Source of the DNA: Bacteroidales bacterium
GTDB taxonomy: Bacteria > Bacteroidota > Bacteroidia > Bacteroidales > WCHB1-69
Length of the DNA: 64,000 nt
Assembly (NCBI GenBank): GCA_016290295.1
Contig: JAEETJ010000004.1
Span: forward strand, 10,546-74,545
Direction of reading: 5' to 3'
A program made the translations under genes and the position numbers. Under the pieces are notes generated by a model that was not told the origin of the DNA, did no database searches, and was given only the letters and a program-made list of their open reading frames with translations. Below are positions 10,285 through 20,934 of this stretch, piece by piece. The first letter of the stretch is position 1. Every line of letters starts with the position of its first letter.

Positions 10285-11238
10285 TTATTTTGCCAATTTA
10301 ACTTTCAGCACCTCAAGCATATCGCGGGTCATTGCATCGAGGTCATATTCCGGTTTCCAGCCCCATTCAGCGCGGGCGCAGCTGTCGTCCATTGAGTTGG
10401 GCCATGAGTCGGCGATACCCTGACGCAGTTCATCGAACTTATAATCCATCTTGAAATCGGGCATATACTTTCTGATAGCGGCAGCAATCTGCTCCGGTTC
10501 GAAACTCATAGCTGTGATATTGAAAGAGTTTCTATGAATCAGTTTAGAAGGATCGGCTTCCATGAGTTCCATGGTGCCTCTCAAAGCGTCGGGCATATAC
10601 ATCATGTCCATATAGGTACCCGGTTTCAGCGGGCAGGTGAACTTACCTTCCTTGATGGCAGCATAGTAAATCTCTACGGCATAGTCGGTGGTACCGCCAC
10701 CGGGCAGAGTGACATTAGAAATCAGGCCTGGGAAACGTACCGAACGGGTATCCACGCCGAAACGTTTGTAGTAGTAGTCGCTCAGCAACTCACCAGTCAC
10801 CTTGGTCACACCATAGATGGTCTGCGGACGCTGGATAGTGTCCTGCGGGGTTTTGTCGTGTGGTGTATTAGCACCGAAAGCTCCGATGGAGCTGGGGGTA
10901 AACAGGGCACAATGGAATTCGCGAGACACCTCAAGGCAATTGAGGAGAGCGCCGATACCTACATTCCAGCCCAGCATGGGATTGGCTTCTGCCTTGGCTG
11001 AAAGGATAGCAGCCAGGTTGAAAATAGAATCAATATTATATTTCTTCACCGCATCGGCAATATCCTGTGCATTGGTAGCGTCAATTTTGCAGGAAGGACC
11101 GCTGTCGGCCAAGTCGCCTTTCAAGGGGTACATCAAATCGGCAGCCACTACATTGTCGGTGCCATAAACTTTTCTCAGCGCGGGAGTGAGTTCAGAACCT
11201 ATCTGTCCACAAGCTCCAATTACTAATATCTTTTTCAT
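10285..11238 (-). CDS. tdh: L-threonine 3-dehydrogenase (NAD-dependent epimerase/dehydratase-type)
   Basis: The ORF is trimmed to MKKILVIGACGQIGSEL (Rossmann GxxGxxG). It has a YGVTK catalytic motif and is immediately upstream of kbl on the same strand. Confidence 0.8.
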   Translation of the reverse strand: MKKILVIGACGQIGSELTPALRKVYGTDNVVAADLMYPLKGDLADSGPSCKIDATNAQDIADAVKKYNIDSIFNLAAILSAKAEANPMLGWNVGIGALLNCLEVSREFHCALFTPSSIGAFGANTPHDKTPQDTIQRPQTIYGVTKVTGELLSDYYYKRFGVDTRSVRFPGLISNVTLPGGGTTDYAVEIYYAAIKEGKFTCPLKPGTYMDMMYMPDALRGTMELMEADPSKLIHRNSFNITAMSFEPEQIAAAIRKYMPDFKMDYKFDELRQGIADSWPNSMDDSCARAEWGWKPEYDLDAMTRDMLEVLKVKLAK

Positions 11239-11264
11239 TGATGATGAGTTTAAATTTTGACCTG

Positions 11265-11272
11265 CAAAGATA
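11265..11272 (-). promoter_or_regulatory. Bacteroidota -7 promoter box (TATCTTTG) for tdh-kbl
   Basis: The minus strand reads ttttttgTATCTTTGcag, about 27 nt upstream of the tdh ATG. It matches the TAnnTTTG consensus. Confidence 0.6.
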
Positions 11273-11365
11273 CAAAAAATGTTGAATCGTTTTTTAATTT
11301 CCATAACAAATTATACGTTTTTATTTATAACTATTCATATTAAAAAAAACATTATATTTGCAAGA

Positions 11366-12298
11366 ATGAAAAAAATGGCAAAATTTATACTCAACATACT
11401 GATTATCATTGCTTTAGCAATACCCCACCGTGGCTTTTCACAGGTGGTTTCTTCCGATTCTGTGCAAAACAGCCAAACCACTGCCGCCGTCAACAATGAC
11501 AAAGCTCAAAACAGCGGCAAAAAATCAGAAGGCAAAGCCAAGAAAAAGACGGGTAAGAGCAATAAGTTTTCCTTCGAGACCTTCGACATGAACTATGCCA
11601 AGGCTCTGAAATATTACGATAACGGACAGTACCTGTCGGCCGCACGTATTTTCGAGGAACTGTACCCTTTGTCATTGGGTACCCCTACCGCCGACACGCT
11701 GCTGTATTTGTTTGCCGACTGTTACTACAAGAACAAAGACTACGAGCTGGCCGCTTTCCATTTCAAGGACTATGCCCGCCACTACCCCGGCACTGAAAAA
11801 GCCGAGGAAGCCCACTATATGTGTGTGAAATCCGTGTTCGAGGTCTCCCCCATATATAGCCTGGACCAGTCATCCACCCTGTATGCCATAGACGAGATGG
11901 ACCTTTTCATCAAGTCCTATCCCCGTAGCAAACATGTGGATGAATGTAACGAGATGTTAGACATATTGCGTGAGAAGCTGGCTCAGAAAGACTTTGAAAT
12001 AGCCAAATTGTATTACAACACTGACAACTATCAGGCAGCGCAAATTGCCATAAAAAATTTCCTCAAAGAATATCCGAACTCAAAATACGCTCACGAAGCC
12101 GTATATATTCTGGTCAAGAACAACCATGAATATGCCAAAAAGAGCGTTAACAAGAAAAAAAGAGAACGTTTTCAAGCTTGTATTGACGCGTTCAAAATCA
12201 TGCAAGCCCAATATCCTAATTCAGGATTTTACATGGATGCCAAGAAATTGGCAGATGATGCACAAGATCAAATCAATAAAATCAAAAATAATAACTAA
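11366..12298 (+). CDS. bamD: outer membrane protein assembly factor BamD-like TPR protein
   Basis: The ORF is trimmed to MKKMAKFILN (signal peptide). TPR-like repeats follow (YAKALKYYDNGQYLSAARIFEEL, LFADCYYKNKDYELAAFHFKDYARHYPG). It lies in the conserved Bacteroidota context upstream of rpoZ-coaBC. Confidence 0.7.
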   Translation: MKKMAKFILNILIIIALAIPHRGFSQVVSSDSVQNSQTTAAVNNDKAQNSGKKSEGKAKKKTGKSNKFSFETFDMNYAKALKYYDNGQYLSAARIFEELYPLSLGTPTADTLLYLFADCYYKNKDYELAAFHFKDYARHYPGTEKAEEAHYMCVKSVFEVSPIYSLDQSSTLYAIDEMDLFIKSYPRSKHVDECNEMLDILREKLAQKDFEIAKLYYNTDNYQAAQIAIKNFLKEYPNSKYAHEAVYILVKNNHEYAKKSVNKKKRERFQACIDAFKIMQAQYPNSGFYMDAKKLADDAQDQINKIKNNN

Positions 12299-12303
12299 TA
12301 TCA

Positions 12304-12645
12304 ATGAAATCAGCAGATTACAAAAAATTAAAGGTTAATCCTTTCGCCATCACACGCGACATCGTTAAAATGGATGATCAAACCGGCAACATTTACAAGA
12401 CCGTCGTCGTATTGTCCAAAAGAGCCAACCAAATCGCCGCTGACCTGAAAGAGGAATTCCACGAAAGATCACAGGAATTTGTCAGTGCCACCGACAATTT
12501 GGAGGAATACCACGAAAACCTCGGGCAGATCGAATTAGCCAAATATTTCGAGCAGTTGCCCAAGCCCACTTTGCTGGCCATCAACGAATACGAAAACAAA
12601 CAGATTTACTTCAACGACGTTGAGAATACCGACCAAAACAGATGA
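12304..12645 (+). CDS. rpoZ: DNA-directed RNA polymerase subunit omega (Bacteroidota long form)
   Basis: 113-aa ORF. It has an Rpb6/omega-like core (NIYKTVVVLSKRANQIA) and conserved bamD-rpoZ-coaBC synteny. Its stop overlaps the coaBC start by 4 nt. Confidence 0.6.
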   Translation: MKSADYKKLKVNPFAITRDIVKMDDQTGNIYKTVVVLSKRANQIAADLKEEFHERSQEFVSATDNLEEYHENLGQIELAKYFEQLPKPTLLAINEYENKQIYFNDVENTDQNR

Positions 12646-13847
12646 GCAACACAGACTGTAAACATATAGTCATTGGCATTACCGGAGGGATAGCGGCTTA
12701 TAAGTCACTATCCCTTATCCGCTTGTTTAAAAGCGCAGGTTACGAGGTGAAAGTTACCGCCACCCAGCATGCTTTGGAGTTCGTGACACCCCTCACCATT
12801 GAGACCTTGTCGCAGAATAAACTCTATACCGACATGTTCGAGCACGGTCACGAAATGGATGTGCATCACATCGCCATGGCCGACTGGGCCGACTGCATTA
12901 TTGTAGCTCCTGCCACCGCCAATATCATTGGCAAATTCGCCAATGGTCTTGCCGATGACGCACTATCCACCCTCCTATTGGCCTGCAACAAGCCCATCTT
13001 CATGGCCCCTGCCATGAACTGCAAGATGTACGCCCATCCGGCAGTACAGCAGAACATGCAGACGCTTCAGCAGCGTGGAGTCCATATCATCGACTCCAAA
13101 TCCGGCTTTTTGGCCTGTGGTGTGGAAGGCAAAGGCCGCATGGAAGAACCCGAGCAGATTTTTGCCACCGTTTGTCAGTTCTTAGACGGTGAGCAAACAC
13201 TCAAAGGCTACAAAGCCCTCGTCTCCGCTGGTCCGACCTACGAACCCATCGACCCTGTCAGATTTATCGGCAACCATTCTTCTGGCCTGATGGGATATGA
13301 ATTAGCAGAAGAACTGGCCCGCCAAGGAGCTGAAGTAACCTTAGTGAGCGGTCCCACACACCTGAGCTGTTCCAGCCATATCAACCGTGTGGATGTCAAG
13401 ACCGCCGGCGAAATGTTCGACCAATGCATGCACTACGGTCCCGCCGCCGACATCATCATCATGGCTGCCGCCGTGGCCGACTATACCCCGAAAGTCACCG
13501 CCAGCCAAAAAATCAAAAAACACGAGGAAGGTCTTAATATCGAACTCGTAAAAACCAAAGATATTTTGTCCACCCTCGGACATCAACGCCGTGAGGGACA
13601 ACTAATTACTGGCTTTGCCTTGGAAACCGAGAACGAATTGGAGAACGCCAAGGGCAAACTGCAAAATAAAAACATCGATATCATCGTTTTAAATTCTATG
13701 AATAACCCGAAGGCCGGCTTCAACAAGCCCACCAACCAAGTGACCATGATGGACAAGGAGGGACAGCTAATCCAAGGTGAGGCCAAAAGCAAAGCCGAAG
13801 TCGCCAAAGAGATTATTCAGTTTATAATCAGTAAATTAAACAAATAG
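12642..13847 (+). CDS. coaBC: bifunctional phosphopantothenoylcysteine decarboxylase / phosphopantothenate-cysteine ligase
   Basis: 401-aa ORF. It has an N-terminal flavoprotein domain (IVIGITGGIAAYKS, IVAPATANIIGKFANGLADD) and a C-terminal CoaB domain (LVSAGPTYEPIDPVRFIGNHSSG). Confidence 0.9.
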   Translation: MSNTDCKHIVIGITGGIAAYKSLSLIRLFKSAGYEVKVTATQHALEFVTPLTIETLSQNKLYTDMFEHGHEMDVHHIAMADWADCIIVAPATANIIGKFANGLADDALSTLLLACNKPIFMAPAMNCKMYAHPAVQQNMQTLQQRGVHIIDSKSGFLACGVEGKGRMEEPEQIFATVCQFLDGEQTLKGYKALVSAGPTYEPIDPVRFIGNHSSGLMGYELAEELARQGAEVTLVSGPTHLSCSSHINRVDVKTAGEMFDQCMHYGPAADIIIMAAAVADYTPKVTASQKIKKHEEGLNIELVKTKDILSTLGHQRREGQLITGFALETENELENAKGKLQNKNIDIIVLNSMNNPKAGFNKPTNQVTMMDKEGQLIQGEAKSKAEVAKEIIQFIISKLNK

Positions 13848-13852
13848 AAATC

Positions 13853-14758
13853 ATGAAACGTTTGTTGGTTTTATTCCTTCTGACCCTGATGACGGCAAGC
13901 TTGTCCGCCCAGGATTTCCAATGTCAGGTGTCTATCAACTCCTCCAAAATCAGCGGTTCCAACCGTGAACGCTACAATGCACTGCAACAGGAGCTGTACA
14001 AGTTCATCAACGACCGGAAATGGTGCCAATACACCTTAAAAACCAACGAGCGTATTGAATGCGGTCTGATGATCAATCTGACCGAGGTGTCCGGTGATGT
14101 GCTGAAAGGCACCATGACCGTCCAGTTGCACCGTCCCGTTTACAAGACCAACTACAAGACCACCGTGCTGAACTTCCAGGACAAGAAAATCCAGTTCACC
14201 TACGATGAAGGACAGCCTTTGGAGTATGATGACAACGTCAACCTAAACCAATTGACCTCTCTCATCGCCTACTATCTGAACCTTTTCTTGGCACTCGATT
14301 TCGACACCTTCTCCATGAACGGCGGTTCACCCTACTACGCCAAATGCCAAAACATTGTCAACTTATGCCAGAGTGTTGCCGAACCTGGTTGGCAGTCTTT
14401 CGAGTCAGGACAGAACAACCGCTACTGGCTCGTTGAGAACCTCACCAACGGCACCTACAGCAAAATCCACGAGTTTTTATACAACTATCACCGTTTAGGT
14501 CTGGATGTCATGGCCGACAATCCCGATGGAGGCAGAGCCGTGATATTCGAGGCGCTCAAATCCCTGCAGCAGGTGGCACGACAGAAATCCAACCTTGTCA
14601 TCGTACAGTATATGGTCGGTGCTAAATCCGACGAAATCATCAATATTTTCAAAGAAGGCTTAGCCAACGAGAAAACACAAGTGGTCAACATCATGAAACA
14701 GTTAGACCCCGCCAACTCATCAAAATATGATGCCATAACCGCCAGCACCAACAAGTAG
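13853..14758 (+). CDS. DUF4835-family protein (T9SS-associated PorD-like)
   Basis: 301-aa ORF with a signal peptide. It occupies the usual Bacteroidota position between coaBC and recN. The family name is recalled from memory and needs an HMM check. Confidence 0.55.
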   Translation: MKRLLVLFLLTLMTASLSAQDFQCQVSINSSKISGSNRERYNALQQELYKFINDRKWCQYTLKTNERIECGLMINLTEVSGDVLKGTMTVQLHRPVYKTNYKTTVLNFQDKKIQFTYDEGQPLEYDDNVNLNQLTSLIAYYLNLFLALDFDTFSMNGGSPYYAKCQNIVNLCQSVAEPGWQSFESGQNNRYWLVENLTNGTYSKIHEFLYNYHRLGLDVMADNPDGGRAVIFEALKSLQQVARQKSNLVIVQYMVGAKSDEIINIFKEGLANEKTQVVNIMKQLDPANSSKYDAITASTNK

Positions 14759-14764
14759 CCAATT

Positions 14765-16432
14765 ATGCTCAAAGCCCTGCAAATAGAGAACTACGCGATT
14801 ATCCGTTCCCTTAAAATCGATTTTGACAAGGGCTTCACGGTTATTACCGGCGAGACAGGTGCAGGCAAATCTATCATCATTGGCGCTTTATCACTGATTT
14901 TAGGCAAACGCGCCGATACAACCGTCCTTCATGATAAAACAAAAAAATGCTTTATCGAAGGCACCTTCGACATCAAATCCTTGCATTTGCAGGATTTCTT
15001 CCAACAAAACGACCTCGACTACCAAGACATCACCTACATCCGACGTGAGGTAACCGAAAACGGCAAATCCAGAGCTTTTATCAACGATACACCGGTTACC
15101 TTGTCGCTGCTCAAAGAGCTGGCTGAAGCATTGGTGGACATCCACTCCCAACACAACAACCTTTTGGTCAACAACGAGAACTTCAGGATTAATGTGTTGG
15201 ATTTATATGCCCGCAATCATTCTCTGTTTGAGGAATACAAAACAACTTATAACGCTTACAAGAAAGCGGAAAAACAATATGCCGAACTGGTCGAGCTGCA
15301 AAAGCAGCAGGCTCAGGAACGCAGCTATCTTGAATATGTGCGTCAAGAACTTCATGATGCCCAGCTGAATGAGGGAGAACAGGAGCAGATAGAACAACAG
15401 ATAGCCCTGCTTTCCAATGCGGAGACCATCAAGTCAAAACTATACCAGAGCATCCAACTTCTTGAAGAAGAGGAAGAAGAAAACATTATTCATCAGCTGC
15501 AAATCATACGTGACCACTGCCAAAGTATCAGTCAATACGATGCAGGAATCGAAGAATTAAGCCACCGTTTGGACAGCAGTCTGCTGGAGCTGAAAGACAT
15601 TGCCAGAGACCTTAGCCTGAAAGAAAGCAAGATTGAAATCAACCCCCAAGAACTGGAAAGGCTGAACGAACGCTTGGACCTGCTGCTGAATTTAGAGCAC
15701 AAGCACCATGTCAACAGCAATGAGGAACTCATTGATTTACTGGCATCGACAGAGGCCAAGTTGGATTCCATGACGGCCAATGACGAGCAGCTTGAGGAAA
15801 GTCAAAAACGCTGTCAGGAACTCTATGGCAAGACTTTGGAATTAGCCACTACCCTTTCCCAATCCCGTCATCAGTGCACTGACAAGTTAGAGCAGGAGAT
15901 GATTGGCCGCATCAAGCTGTTGGGCATGGAATATGGAAATTTCAAGGTAGAAATTATCTCCGGTCAACAACCTGGTCCTAACGGCATCGACAAGGTGCAG
16001 TTTCTGTTTACCGCCAATCGTGGCAGCGAGCTGAACGAGATTGAGAAGACTGCTTCTGGCGGTGAAATCTCACGCCTCATGTTAGCCCTCAAGAGCATTA
16101 TCAACGACAACAGCCTGTTGCCGACCGTTATTTTTGACGAGATTGACTCAGGCATATCGGGCGAAGTAGCCGGCAAAGTGGCATCGCTCATGCAAGAACT
16201 ATCACTTAAACACCAATTGATTGTCATCACCCATCTGCCGCAAATAGCAGCTAAAGGTAAGAAGCACTATTTTGTTTACAAAGATGTTGCCGATGACAAA
16301 ACTTTCACCCAAATCAAAAGTCTGAATAAAGAGGAAAGCATTCGTGAAATTGCCACCATGATGAGTGGCAACCCTGTCAGCGATGCTGCCCTCAAGACCG
16401 CAAAAGAACTGAAAAACAATACTTTATCATGA
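14765..16432 (+). CDS. recN: DNA repair protein RecN
   Basis: 555-aa ORF. It has an N-terminal Walker A (GETGAGKS), a long coiled-coil middle, a C-terminal SGGE signature (ASGGEISRLMLAL) and Walker B (VIFDEIDSGISG). Confidence 0.9.
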   Translation: MLKALQIENYAIIRSLKIDFDKGFTVITGETGAGKSIIIGALSLILGKRADTTVLHDKTKKCFIEGTFDIKSLHLQDFFQQNDLDYQDITYIRREVTENGKSRAFINDTPVTLSLLKELAEALVDIHSQHNNLLVNNENFRINVLDLYARNHSLFEEYKTTYNAYKKAEKQYAELVELQKQQAQERSYLEYVRQELHDAQLNEGEQEQIEQQIALLSNAETIKSKLYQSIQLLEEEEEENIIHQLQIIRDHCQSISQYDAGIEELSHRLDSSLLELKDIARDLSLKESKIEINPQELERLNERLDLLLNLEHKHHVNSNEELIDLLASTEAKLDSMTANDEQLEESQKRCQELYGKTLELATTLSQSRHQCTDKLEQEMIGRIKLLGMEYGNFKVEIISGQQPGPNGIDKVQFLFTANRGSELNEIEKTASGGEISRLMLALKSIINDNSLLPTVIFDEIDSGISGEVAGKVASLMQELSLKHQLIVITHLPQIAAKGKKHYFVYKDVADDKTFTQIKSLNKEESIREIATMMSGNPVSDAALKTAKELKNNTLS

Positions 16433-17058
16433 AAAAAATCATCCTAATCATATTATGCTTTTGTTGCGTTTTCGGTTCATACGCACAAAATAAAGAGAAA
16501 TTCCGCAATGCCAAAGACAGCAAATTTGTCTTTATGAGTACCATTGGTGTAGCTGGTGGTGCTGGCAGCATCAAGATACCTAACCGTGAAATACAAAACC
16601 GTCTGTTTTCTGTCCAAGTTAACCAGCTGTTAGCCTATCAATTCAACCCCAACTTCTTCATGGGTGTGAACTTAGGCATTGACTTCTGGCGTTATACGGC
16701 ATTTATTCCGCTGACTTTCAACCTCAGCGTTAATTTCACCAAGACCAAATTCAGTCCCCACTGGTATGCCAACATGGGTTATTCCTTCAAGTGGTACATG
16801 AACCAGAAACCCGAGTTGACAACCCGCATAATCCAAGGCGCCAAAGCAGGTCCCGTAGTGGAAACCGGTCTCGGCATCAACATCAAAGTCAGCGAGAAAG
16901 TCTCCCTGCTGATATTAGCCACCTACAAGATGCAGCATTCCAGCATCAAATACAGTGTAGCTCATCCTGACGAACCCGACAATTCAGAGTATTTTACCAA
17001 TAGCGAAAAGAATCACCACTACCACTTCGGCGGTGTAAAGTTTGGCATTTTATATTAG
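16429..17058 (+). CDS. small outer-membrane beta-barrel protein (hypothetical)
   Basis: 209-aa ORF with a signal peptide ending SYAQ. It shows an alternating aromatic/hydrophobic strand pattern ending in FGILY. Its start overlaps the recN stop (ATGA). Confidence 0.55.
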   Translation: MKKIILIILCFCCVFGSYAQNKEKFRNAKDSKFVFMSTIGVAGGAGSIKIPNREIQNRLFSVQVNQLLAYQFNPNFFMGVNLGIDFWRYTAFIPLTFNLSVNFTKTKFSPHWYANMGYSFKWYMNQKPELTTRIIQGAKAGPVVETGLGINIKVSEKVSLLILATYKMQHSSIKYSVAHPDEPDNSEYFTNSEKNHHYHFGGVKFGILY

Positions 17059-17107
17059 AAAATCACTTATTCAGCATAAAATAATAATCATAAAAAAATA
17101 CAAAAAC

Positions 17108-20100
17108 ATGAAAAAATCTATCATTCTGATGTGCATTCTGAGCCTGCTGCTCTTCAATTCCGGTATGGCTCAGCGTTCTAACTATTACCGTGTAACGGAT
17201 AACAGTTATAGCGACATCAAAATCTCCTACTCTATTGATGTTCAGAATCTTCAAATTAAGAACATCAAAACTGAGCAAGGTAATTATTGCCAGCTTTCTT
17301 ACGAGGGTATGACTCCCACACAGAATGATGGCCAGCCCGAATTGCCTGTTATCACCAACCTGCTGGAGATTCCCTTTTGCGAGAATATACAAGTGAATGT
17401 GGTTAACAGTACTTACGAGACCTATAACCTTGCTGAACTGGGCATCAACCATCCTATTATGCCGGTGCAGCCTCGCCATCCCAAATCAGAAGACGGTCCC
17501 TTCCCCTTTGTGATTGACGAAGCGACATACGCTACCAACAGCTTTTATGGAATGCCGTTGGCTCAAAGCGAGAAAGTGGGTGTACTTCGTAACATCAACT
17601 TAGGCCATGTAAGTATCGCCCCCTTTGAATACAACCCTGTGACTGGTCAGCTCAGAGTTTGCACACAGTTAGACGTGGAGATCAGCTTTGTGAACCCCAA
17701 CATACCCAGAACCATGGAGATGAAAACCAAACATGGTAACGGCTTGTTTGATGGCCAGCACTGCGGTGTTATCAACCCCATGAACACGCCTGGTTTCAGA
17801 GACGAGATTAACAACGCTCCGATTAAATATTTGATTGTGGCGCACTCCATGTTCAGAAACAACGAACAGATTGCCGAATTCATCAACTGGAAGAAACGCA
17901 TCGGCTATTTGGTAGAGATCGCTTATACTGACGACAGCAATGTAGGTACTACCACTACCAGCATCAAGAACTTTATCAAAGCGAAATATGATAATGCCAC
18001 TACTGAGGATCCCGCTCCTACATTTCTGCTGTTTGTTGGTGACAAGGAACAGATTCCCGCTTTCACCGGCCAATCAAATTCTGGACACATCACCGACTTA
18101 TACTATGCCACCTGGACCACTGGCGACAATATTCCCGACTGCTATTACGGCCGTTTCTCTGCTCAAAATGCCACCCAATTGTCACCTCAGATTGAAAAGA
18201 CGCTGATGTTTGAACAATACTCCATGCCAGACCCGAGCTATTTGGATGATGCCGTTCTGGTAGCCGGCACCGATGCTAATTACGGTCCCACCCATGCGGA
18301 CGGGCAAATCAACTATATCGCCAATAATTATATCAACACCTCCAATGGCTATACTACGGTACATACGCACCTGTACAATTGCAGCACCCAATCCGCCACT
18401 ATCCGTAGTGAAATCGGAGCTGGTGTCGGCTGGGCTAATTATACCGCCCACTGCTCTGCTGAAGGATGGTACGAACCCAGTTTTACCAACAGCCACGTCA
18501 ACTCCATGAGCAATACCAACAAATATGGCTTTATGATTGGAAACTGCTGTGAATCAGGAAGATTCGAACAAACATCCTGTTTTGGTGAGACTCTTTTACG
18601 TGCTTCAAAAAAAGGTGCGGTTATTTATCTCGGTGCCTCCAACAGCACCTATTGGGATGAAGACTATTACTGGGCTGTTGGAGTACGCAGCAACATCAAT
18701 GCCAACCCGACATACGATGCCTCACACCTGGGAGCTTACGACCGCATCTTCCACACCCATAATGAAGCCCATAGCCAATGGTACACCACCGCGGCGGGTA
18801 TCAACATGGCTGGCAATTTAGCTGTTGAATCCTCCTCTTCAACAAGAAAATTGTATTATTGGGAGATTTATCATGTATTTGGTGATCCCTCCATCAAAGC
18901 TTATTTGTCAGAACCGTCAGCCATCACGGCCAACATTCCCAACGGCAGCGTGATAGGTATAAGCTCACTTGATTTCACTGCAGTACCATACGCTTACGTG
19001 GCTTTGACCCAGAACAACGTGCTGATAAGCGCTGCTTTCGCCGATGCAAACGGTCAGGTTAGCTTGGCTTTGCCCGCCGACCTGATTCCCGGCCAATACG
19101 AGATAGCCATCTCGGCTCAGAACTACATCCAGTTCTTCCAAACCATCAATTTCGCTTCTCCCAACAGCTTCTATGCTGTAAGCAATATCGATTTGAACAA
19201 CTGCGCAGCACTCAGCAACGATCATGTCAACGACTGGAACCTGCATGTTGAAAACGTCAGTGCTATCACAGGAAACAATGTAAGAGCCAAAATACAAGCC
19301 CTTACCCCCAACATCTATTTCCTTGTTGACTCCGTTTATATCGGCACCATGAATGGCAACCAGAACTTTGACCTCAACAATGCTTTCACTTCCAGAACCA
19401 GTGCGTCATTGAGCAACAACGAGCAGATTTCCGTCAGAGTGACCATACTCTCAAACAATGGCACTTTTGAGCGTGATTTCACATATAATGCCATCGCTCC
19501 TGAACTTCAGGTGGAGAGCACTATCATCAATGCCGGCACTCCGAATGTTGGCGAAATCAATCCAGGTGAGAGCGGCACCATCACCTTTGTAGTGAAAAAC
19601 AGTGGTCAGAACATCATTACTGGTCTCACAAGCAATTTGATGTCCCATCATAGTGATATCACAGTCAACAGCAACAACGTAACGGTTAATGAAATCAATA
19701 ACGGTGCTACCGTTCAGGTGACCTTTAACATTAGCGTAACCGCCTCTGCTACTATTGGAAGCATGTATCCCATGTCATTCAACATCAACAATGCGGAATA
19801 TGAACTCAACATGCCCTATAATCTGATGATTGGCAGAGCCATGGAAGACTTTGAAAGCAACAGTTTCACCGCTTTCGCATGGAATAACAATAACCAGTAT
19901 CCATGGGAGATTACTACAAGTAACATATATGCTGGCAGTTACAGTGCACGCAGCAACAGCAGCCTTCCTAATGGTAGTGGTGGCTGGTGGGGCGGCGGCA
20001 GCAACAGCAATTCAGACCTCAGCATCACTCTTAATGTAACTGAGGCAAGTCCTATCTCCTATTTCCGTAAGGTATCCTCAGAATCCGGCTACGACAAGTT

Positions 20101-20929
20101 CTCTTTAGCTATTGATGGTGAAACCAAAGAAGAATTGAGTGGTGAAGTAGCATGGAGCCAAGTCAGCTTCGATGTCACTCCTGGCAGTCATACTTTCAGA
20201 TTCAGATACTCAAAAGATTACAGTACAACTTCCGGTAGCGACTGTGCATGGATTGACAACATCATCTTCCCCATCTCCGGCCAGACTATGACCCCCACAT
20301 CACCCGTGCTGGTTATTGACCATTATGACATTGAAGGCACTTACGCCAACAATATCGTGTTGCGTGGCGACGAACCCGTCATCAAAGTCGTCTTCAAAAA
20401 TGTAGGAGGCACGGTGGCTACCAATATCCAAGCCACACTGACTACCGCTGATAACGATATCAGCATCAACAGCAATGGCACCAGCAGCACAGTTGATTTC
20501 CCGTCAATGGCCATCAATTCATCCAAAACCGCACAATACAACATTGCCAAACTCAGTGAGATTACGGAAAGCAACAATGTTATCTTTGATTTCTCACTCA
20601 CCTGTGGCAACATAACCACCAGCTGCCCCATTGCACTGACCTACCTGAATGGCACCAATCCTGGTAGTCCCACGGCCATTGAGACAACAAGCTCCACCAC
20701 CCTGCTCATCTATCCTAATCCCAGCAGCGACCAGATCAATATCCAATGCAGCCACAACATGAAGTCTGTGGAGATTCTTGACATGGCAGGTCGCAGCGTG
20801 CAGCGTGTTGATGGCATTGGCGACAGCAATTACAGTCTGAACATTAGCAACTTGTCACAAGCTCTTTATTTTGTAAGAGTGATAGATGAAAACAACCAGC
20901 CGATTATCAGCAAAATCATCAAAAAATAA
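17108..20929 (+). CDS. peptidase C25 (gingipain-family) cysteine protease, T9SS cargo with C-terminal sorting domain
   Basis: The ORF is trimmed to MKKSIILMCILS (signal peptide). It has the catalytic His region NYTAHCSAEGW and Cys region YGFMIGNCCESG. After the Ig-like regions there is a MAM/lectin-like module (DFESNSFTAFAWNN...DCAWIDNIIFP). The T9SS CTD reads LLIYPNPSSDQINIQ...LYFVRVIDENNQPIISKIIKK. Confidence 0.85.
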   Translation: MKKSIILMCILSLLLFNSGMAQRSNYYRVTDNSYSDIKISYSIDVQNLQIKNIKTEQGNYCQLSYEGMTPTQNDGQPELPVITNLLEIPFCENIQVNVVNSTYETYNLAELGINHPIMPVQPRHPKSEDGPFPFVIDEATYATNSFYGMPLAQSEKVGVLRNINLGHVSIAPFEYNPVTGQLRVCTQLDVEISFVNPNIPRTMEMKTKHGNGLFDGQHCGVINPMNTPGFRDEINNAPIKYLIVAHSMFRNNEQIAEFINWKKRIGYLVEIAYTDDSNVGTTTTSIKNFIKAKYDNATTEDPAPTFLLFVGDKEQIPAFTGQSNSGHITDLYYATWTTGDNIPDCYYGRFSAQNATQLSPQIEKTLMFEQYSMPDPSYLDDAVLVAGTDANYGPTHADGQINYIANNYINTSNGYTTVHTHLYNCSTQSATIRSEIGAGVGWANYTAHCSAEGWYEPSFTNSHVNSMSNTNKYGFMIGNCCESGRFEQTSCFGETLLRASKKGAVIYLGASNSTYWDEDYYWAVGVRSNINANPTYDASHLGAYDRIFHTHNEAHSQWYTTAAGINMAGNLAVESSSSTRKLYYWEIYHVFGDPSIKAYLSEPSAITANIPNGSVIGISSLDFTAVPYAYVALTQNNVLISAAFADANGQVSLALPADLIPGQYEIAISAQNYIQFFQTINFASPNSFYAVSNIDLNNCAALSNDHVNDWNLHVENVSAITGNNVRAKIQALTPNIYFLVDSVYIGTMNGNQNFDLNNAFTSRTSASLSNNEQISVRVTILSNNGTFERDFTYNAIAPELQVESTIINAGTPNVGEINPGESGTITFVVKNSGQNIITGLTSNLMSHHSDITVNSNNVTVNEINNGATVQVTFNISVTASATIGSMYPMSFNINNAEYELNMPYNLMIGRAMEDFESNSFTAFAWNNNNQYPWEITTSNIYAGSYSARSNSSLPNGSGGWWGGGSNSNSDLSITLNVTEASPISYFRKVSSESGYDKFSLAIDGETKEELSGEVAWSQVSFDVTPGSHTFRFRYSKDYSTTSGSDCAWIDNIIFPISGQTMTPTSPVLVIDHYDIEGTYANNIVLRGDEPVIKVVFKNVGGTVATNIQATLTTADNDISINSNGTSSTVDFPSMAINSSKTAQYNIAKLSEITESNNVIFDFSLTCGNITTSCPIALTYLNGTNPGSPTAIETTSSTTLLIYPNPSSDQINIQCSHNMKSVEILDMAGRSVQRVDGIGDSNYSLNISNLSQALYFVRVIDENNQPIISKIIKK

Positions 20930-20934
20930 AACTC